Below, in pieces: positions 60,771-64,000 of a stretch of 64,000 bases of DNA (within the stretch, counting starts at the first letter, position 1; every line of letters starts with the position of its first letter). Made by a program: the position numbers and the translations under genes. This stretch comes from Nitrosopumilus sp. (GTDB taxonomy: Archaea > Thermoproteota > Nitrososphaeria > Nitrososphaerales > Nitrosopumilaceae): assembly GCA_965214775.1 (NCBI GenBank), contig OZ243974.1:448001-512000 (forward strand), in the 5' to 3' direction. The notes under the pieces were generated by a model. That model was not told the origin of the DNA and ran no database searches. It saw only the letters and a program-made list of their open reading frames with translations.

Positions 60771-61178
60771 CTATTCAAAGAAGAGATAGGTGGGTTTCTT
60801 GTCAACATCTGTAGAAATCCCAAATAATACACCTTCATGATTTTCAACGCGTTCCGCAAAATTACAAAGATTTTCTAAAAATGCTTTTTTGGATCTTTTC
60901 ATTAGTTTTTCATGAGTATTGTATTTAGAAACATATTCAGCTGTAGCATCAAGTCGTGATATTTCAGGCTGTTGTGCGGCTGTTCGTTCTTTCTCATATT
61001 GTTCCTCATATGTTTCAATAGAATCCTTTTCCTTTGATATGGCGTCTAAATTATCAAATGTTTGTTCGACATATGTTTCACAAGGACAAGGCAGGGTTCT
61101 AATGGTTTTATGAACGCATTTTTTTCCACAACTGTGTGTAAATGGTGGATGTCCACAATCTTTACAAATTTTTATCAT
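60771..61178 (-). CDS. Hypothetical protein with N-terminal Cys/His cluster
   Basis: CKDCGH...H.C...C...CPC. Confidence 0.6.
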   Translation of the reverse strand: MIKICKDCGHPPFTHSCGKKCVHKTIRTLPCPCETYVEQTFDNLDAISKEKDSIETYEEQYEKERTAAQQPEISRLDATAEYVSKYNTHEKLMKRSKKAFLENLCNFAERVENHEGVLFGISTDVDKKPTYLFFE

Positions 61179-61785
61179 TTTGACGTAACTCTTAATTTAG
61201 ATTGGTGTCTGTGTTTTGTTGTTTTGTAAGAGTGGCCGAGTAATTTTTTGATTAGCCCCATGTTGCTCCCATTGATTGTAATGGCACGTTCTGTACGCAA
61301 CGGAAAAAAGAATCCCTTTATGGGCCGTATTTCAGAAATTTTTTCTTTGAAGGTTTTGGGATCTATTCTAAATCGTAGCGTTGCCGTTTTTTTGCCTGCC
61401 AACAAAACAGCAAATAGTTTTTTTCGCTCTGTAGGCTCATCGAGATAGAATCCATACCATCCGTGCAACGGCTTTCCAACGCACCTGAATTTGTCAGTAA
61501 TGTGCAAATCTAGTTGTTTTAGCAGAGATTGGACTTCTGGAGATGCTTGATCAAATCTTGTATTCCAGTCTTGAACTTCCTTGTTTTCCTGCTTGGAGAC
61601 GGTTTTGGATAAAGTATCACAGGGGTGAATGTGTGTGCCATTTTTTGCTTCAAATGTATTGAATTCAAGTAATCGGTTTTCTATTTTCTTCATTTCAGAT
61701 ATGGAATCAGACACTTCCTCTATTTCTGGCGTTTTTTTATCAACCACAATAACCAGACCAAGCTCTCCATCTAAGACTTGTTCTA
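61175..61785 (-). pseudogene. DUF5655-like domain protein, 5'-interrupted by IS630
   Basis: Coding frame abuts the IS630 left end at a TA; WYGFY...FAVL..K pattern. Confidence 0.55.
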
Positions 61786-62891
61786 TAGCAACGAGCATAA
61801 GTCTTTGAGCCAAAACAAGGTAATTCGAAAAGTATAATGATCACGTAACTGGCGCAGTATGTATGGCAAAAGAAACAGATATTCTGTCAGAGGCCATGCG
61901 CAAAGAAAAGGATGTCAAAGTCTACAAGAAGATCATGGTGCTGATGTTTGTGCTAGAAGACGACATGGGCGTACCCGAGACCGCAAGAAGGGTCCGGTGC
62001 AGTGAGAATTCCGTGCGCAACTGGCTGGCGAGGTTTTCGGAGGACGGCATAGACGGTCTCCGGGATCTTCCCCGTTCCGGATGCAGGCCAAAGGTGGGCA
62101 GAGAAAGTATTGTCGCCATAATGGATCTGTCCACTGCATGCAAAAGTACCGATGTCATGACGGTACGCGATGACATAAGGGATGCCACCGGGACAGAATA
62201 CAGTATAGAGCATGTCCGGAGAATGATGCGCCAGCACGGCCTGTCGCGCCGCAAGGTGCAAAACATACATGTTAACCATGCCACCCCAAGCTCGGTATAC
62301 TCATGGCAGTGGTATCTTGAAAACGTGCGGATTCCGTGCCTGAAAAACGACGGTTTTACGCTGGTGTCATCTGATGAGGCGTTCTTCGTGCAGGGCGCAT
62401 ATGACAGATACGTGTGGGGTCCGGTCGGTACCAGAAGCGTGGCATCGTATTCGGGGGATCACACAAAGGTGGCCGTGTTTGGAAGCATCGCAGAAGACGG
62501 CAGGAAGCTGTTCAGGACGCTTGCGGGATCGTTTACGTCGGTGCAGTTCATAGAATGTCTGGAGGCGCTGTGCACCAGGTTTGGCAGGGTTGCCGTCTTT
62601 TGCGACAGGCGGGGCGCGCGCAGGGCTGCTTCCGTCGCAGAATGTCCGGCGGGCCATCCCGACGTCGGGCTGATAATGATCCCTAGGGGATCGCCGTACC
62701 TCAATGTCGTGGAAGAATGCTGGAACCTGGGCAAGCACGCAGTTTTCATGGGGATAGTGTACAGAAGGATCAGCGAGCTGCGGCACACCATATCTGAGTA
62801 TTACAGGACGGTGTCGTTTGCCCGCCTTTGCATGTACAGGTACATTTACAGATCGCCGGCCAAGGCCCTCAATTACTTGTGACCGTTGCTA
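61786..62891 (+). mobile_element. IS630-family insertion sequence
   Basis: Ends TAGCAACG...CGTTGCTA flanked by TA dinucleotides. Confidence 0.85.
61863..62882 (+). CDS. IS630-family transposase
   Basis: HTH (VRNWL.RF..G..GL.D.PRSG), SDEA, CD, SPYLN.VEECW. Confidence 0.9.
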   Translation: MAKETDILSEAMRKEKDVKVYKKIMVLMFVLEDDMGVPETARRVRCSENSVRNWLARFSEDGIDGLRDLPRSGCRPKVGRESIVAIMDLSTACKSTDVMTVRDDIRDATGTEYSIEHVRRMMRQHGLSRRKVQNIHVNHATPSSVYSWQWYLENVRIPCLKNDGFTLVSSDEAFFVQGAYDRYVWGPVGTRSVASYSGDHTKVAVFGSIAEDGRKLFRTLAGSFTSVQFIECLEALCTRFGRVAVFCDRRGARRAASVAECPAGHPDVGLIMIPRGSPYLNVVEECWNLGKHAVFMGIVYRRISELRHTISEYYRTVSFARLCMYRYIYRSPAKALNYL

Positions 62892-63167
62892 TATATGTAG
62901 AGGTTTCACCGCTAGGATGCATATGAGGTCTAAAGTAGTTCAATAGTTGAAAGTGTGCCACAAGAACCCATCTAGCGACCCGTTCCGTACAGAGTTGTCT
63001 ATCACGAACGTTTCAGATCCCCGGAGAAAATCCGTATATGGTCACCAATTTTACACAGCCCTACTGCGGGGTTGTCCAAAAAATTTCCTCAAAATGACCG
63101 CTAAGCTTATAGATCATGGGCGTAATACACCGAAAACAATTTTGATCAGCCGATCCTGGCTATTTCA

Positions 63168-64000
63168 ATGAGTAACAACAGAAAGAACACAGAATACTAC
63201 CGACTCTACGAGCAAAAGCGCAGGCAGGAGAGCCCCCGCAAGAAGAGGGCAAGGAAGAACCTGGGAAAGATCGTGCGCAGGGTGGCCAAGAAGATGGCGG
63301 ACAAAACGGGAATCGATGCCAAACTTGCATGGTCTGCCATACGCATTGCGATCCTCAGGATCGAGAACCACCTGTCCTACAGGATCATGGCCACGCATCT
63401 GGAGACAAATCCGGACGATCTCAGGAGGTGCGGCCTGGACCACACACTCTCCAAGTCCACCCTGCACAACAGGGTGAAGATGCTCTGGGAAATGGGCAAG
63501 GACTTTATGGATGAGGTCGTGCTGGCCATGTCAGACGGCGAGCGCATAGCGGACCTGCACGGCGACTCGACGGGGTTTGGCCTCCGCAAGTACAAGAGCT
63601 GGCATCATGCCAAGTACGGGGAGATGACAGGACACGACTTTGCAAAGCTGCACATAGTAGGCGCAGTAGGAGGCAGGATACTGTCATTTGAGGCCACGCC
63701 TGGCACATCGGCCGACTCGCCGGAGTTTGCCCGCATGTTTTCCCGCATTCCAAAGGGAGGATACGACATAGTGGCGCTGGATTCGGCATACGACTCGTAC
63801 AAAAACTGCGAGCTGATTGCAAAAAGCGGCCGCGGACCTGCCATAAAGCCGGCAAAGGGAAACGAAAAGCCTTGGCGGGTTCAGTGCCCGGGCCAAGATG
63901 CTGCAGTGGCTGCGTGACAGGCCAGACGAGTTCTGGCGCGCCTATCACATGAGGAGCCAGGTAGAGGCCCTGTTCTCGGCAATGAAGGAAAGGACTGGAT
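63168..64000 (+). pseudogene. IS5-like DDE transposase with frameshift near 63870, running off the window
   Basis: DSTG, KLH, DSAYD; the YHMRSQVEALFSAMK (YREK) motif lies in a different frame. Confidence 0.82.

Overview
Archaeal DNA with the gene content of a Nitrosopumilaceae-type thaumarchaeon. Bases 1-25.7 kb are conserved core genome: rlmE, an OLD-like ATPase, apt, mtnP, topoisomerase VI A/B, KH/Rio1/aIF2-beta, uppS, pyrF, purA, and sua5-THUMP-Ubl/Cgi121. A large accessory island starts at about 25.8-27.1 kb and runs off the end of the window. At its edge, the ribosomal protein S17e gene appears fused to a tandem repeat and a PIN-like domain, with what looks like its old acidic tail stranded downstream. 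The island holds two type IV-like (AbiE) toxin-antitoxin pairs, decayed hicAB, a tyrosine integrase and a GC-rich pilin-like/surface-protein cluster. It also holds HEPN, Mrr-like/SWIM and PD-(D/E)XK proteins and a secreted metalloprotease. Mobile elements include three full IS481-family copies (two with 16-bp target duplications) plus one remnant, an IS630, a frameshifted IS5-like element, and two MITE families. The most unusual observations are: (i) an unannotated two-gene module present in two diverged copies with an identical 23-nt overlap, plus an orphan third small gene; (ii) the S17e-PIN fusion; (iii) an in-frame domain insertion bounded by 32-bp direct repeats; (iv) a 36-bp repeat/37-bp spacer unit resembling a minimal CRISPR. 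All calls were made by eye from motifs; no database searches were run.
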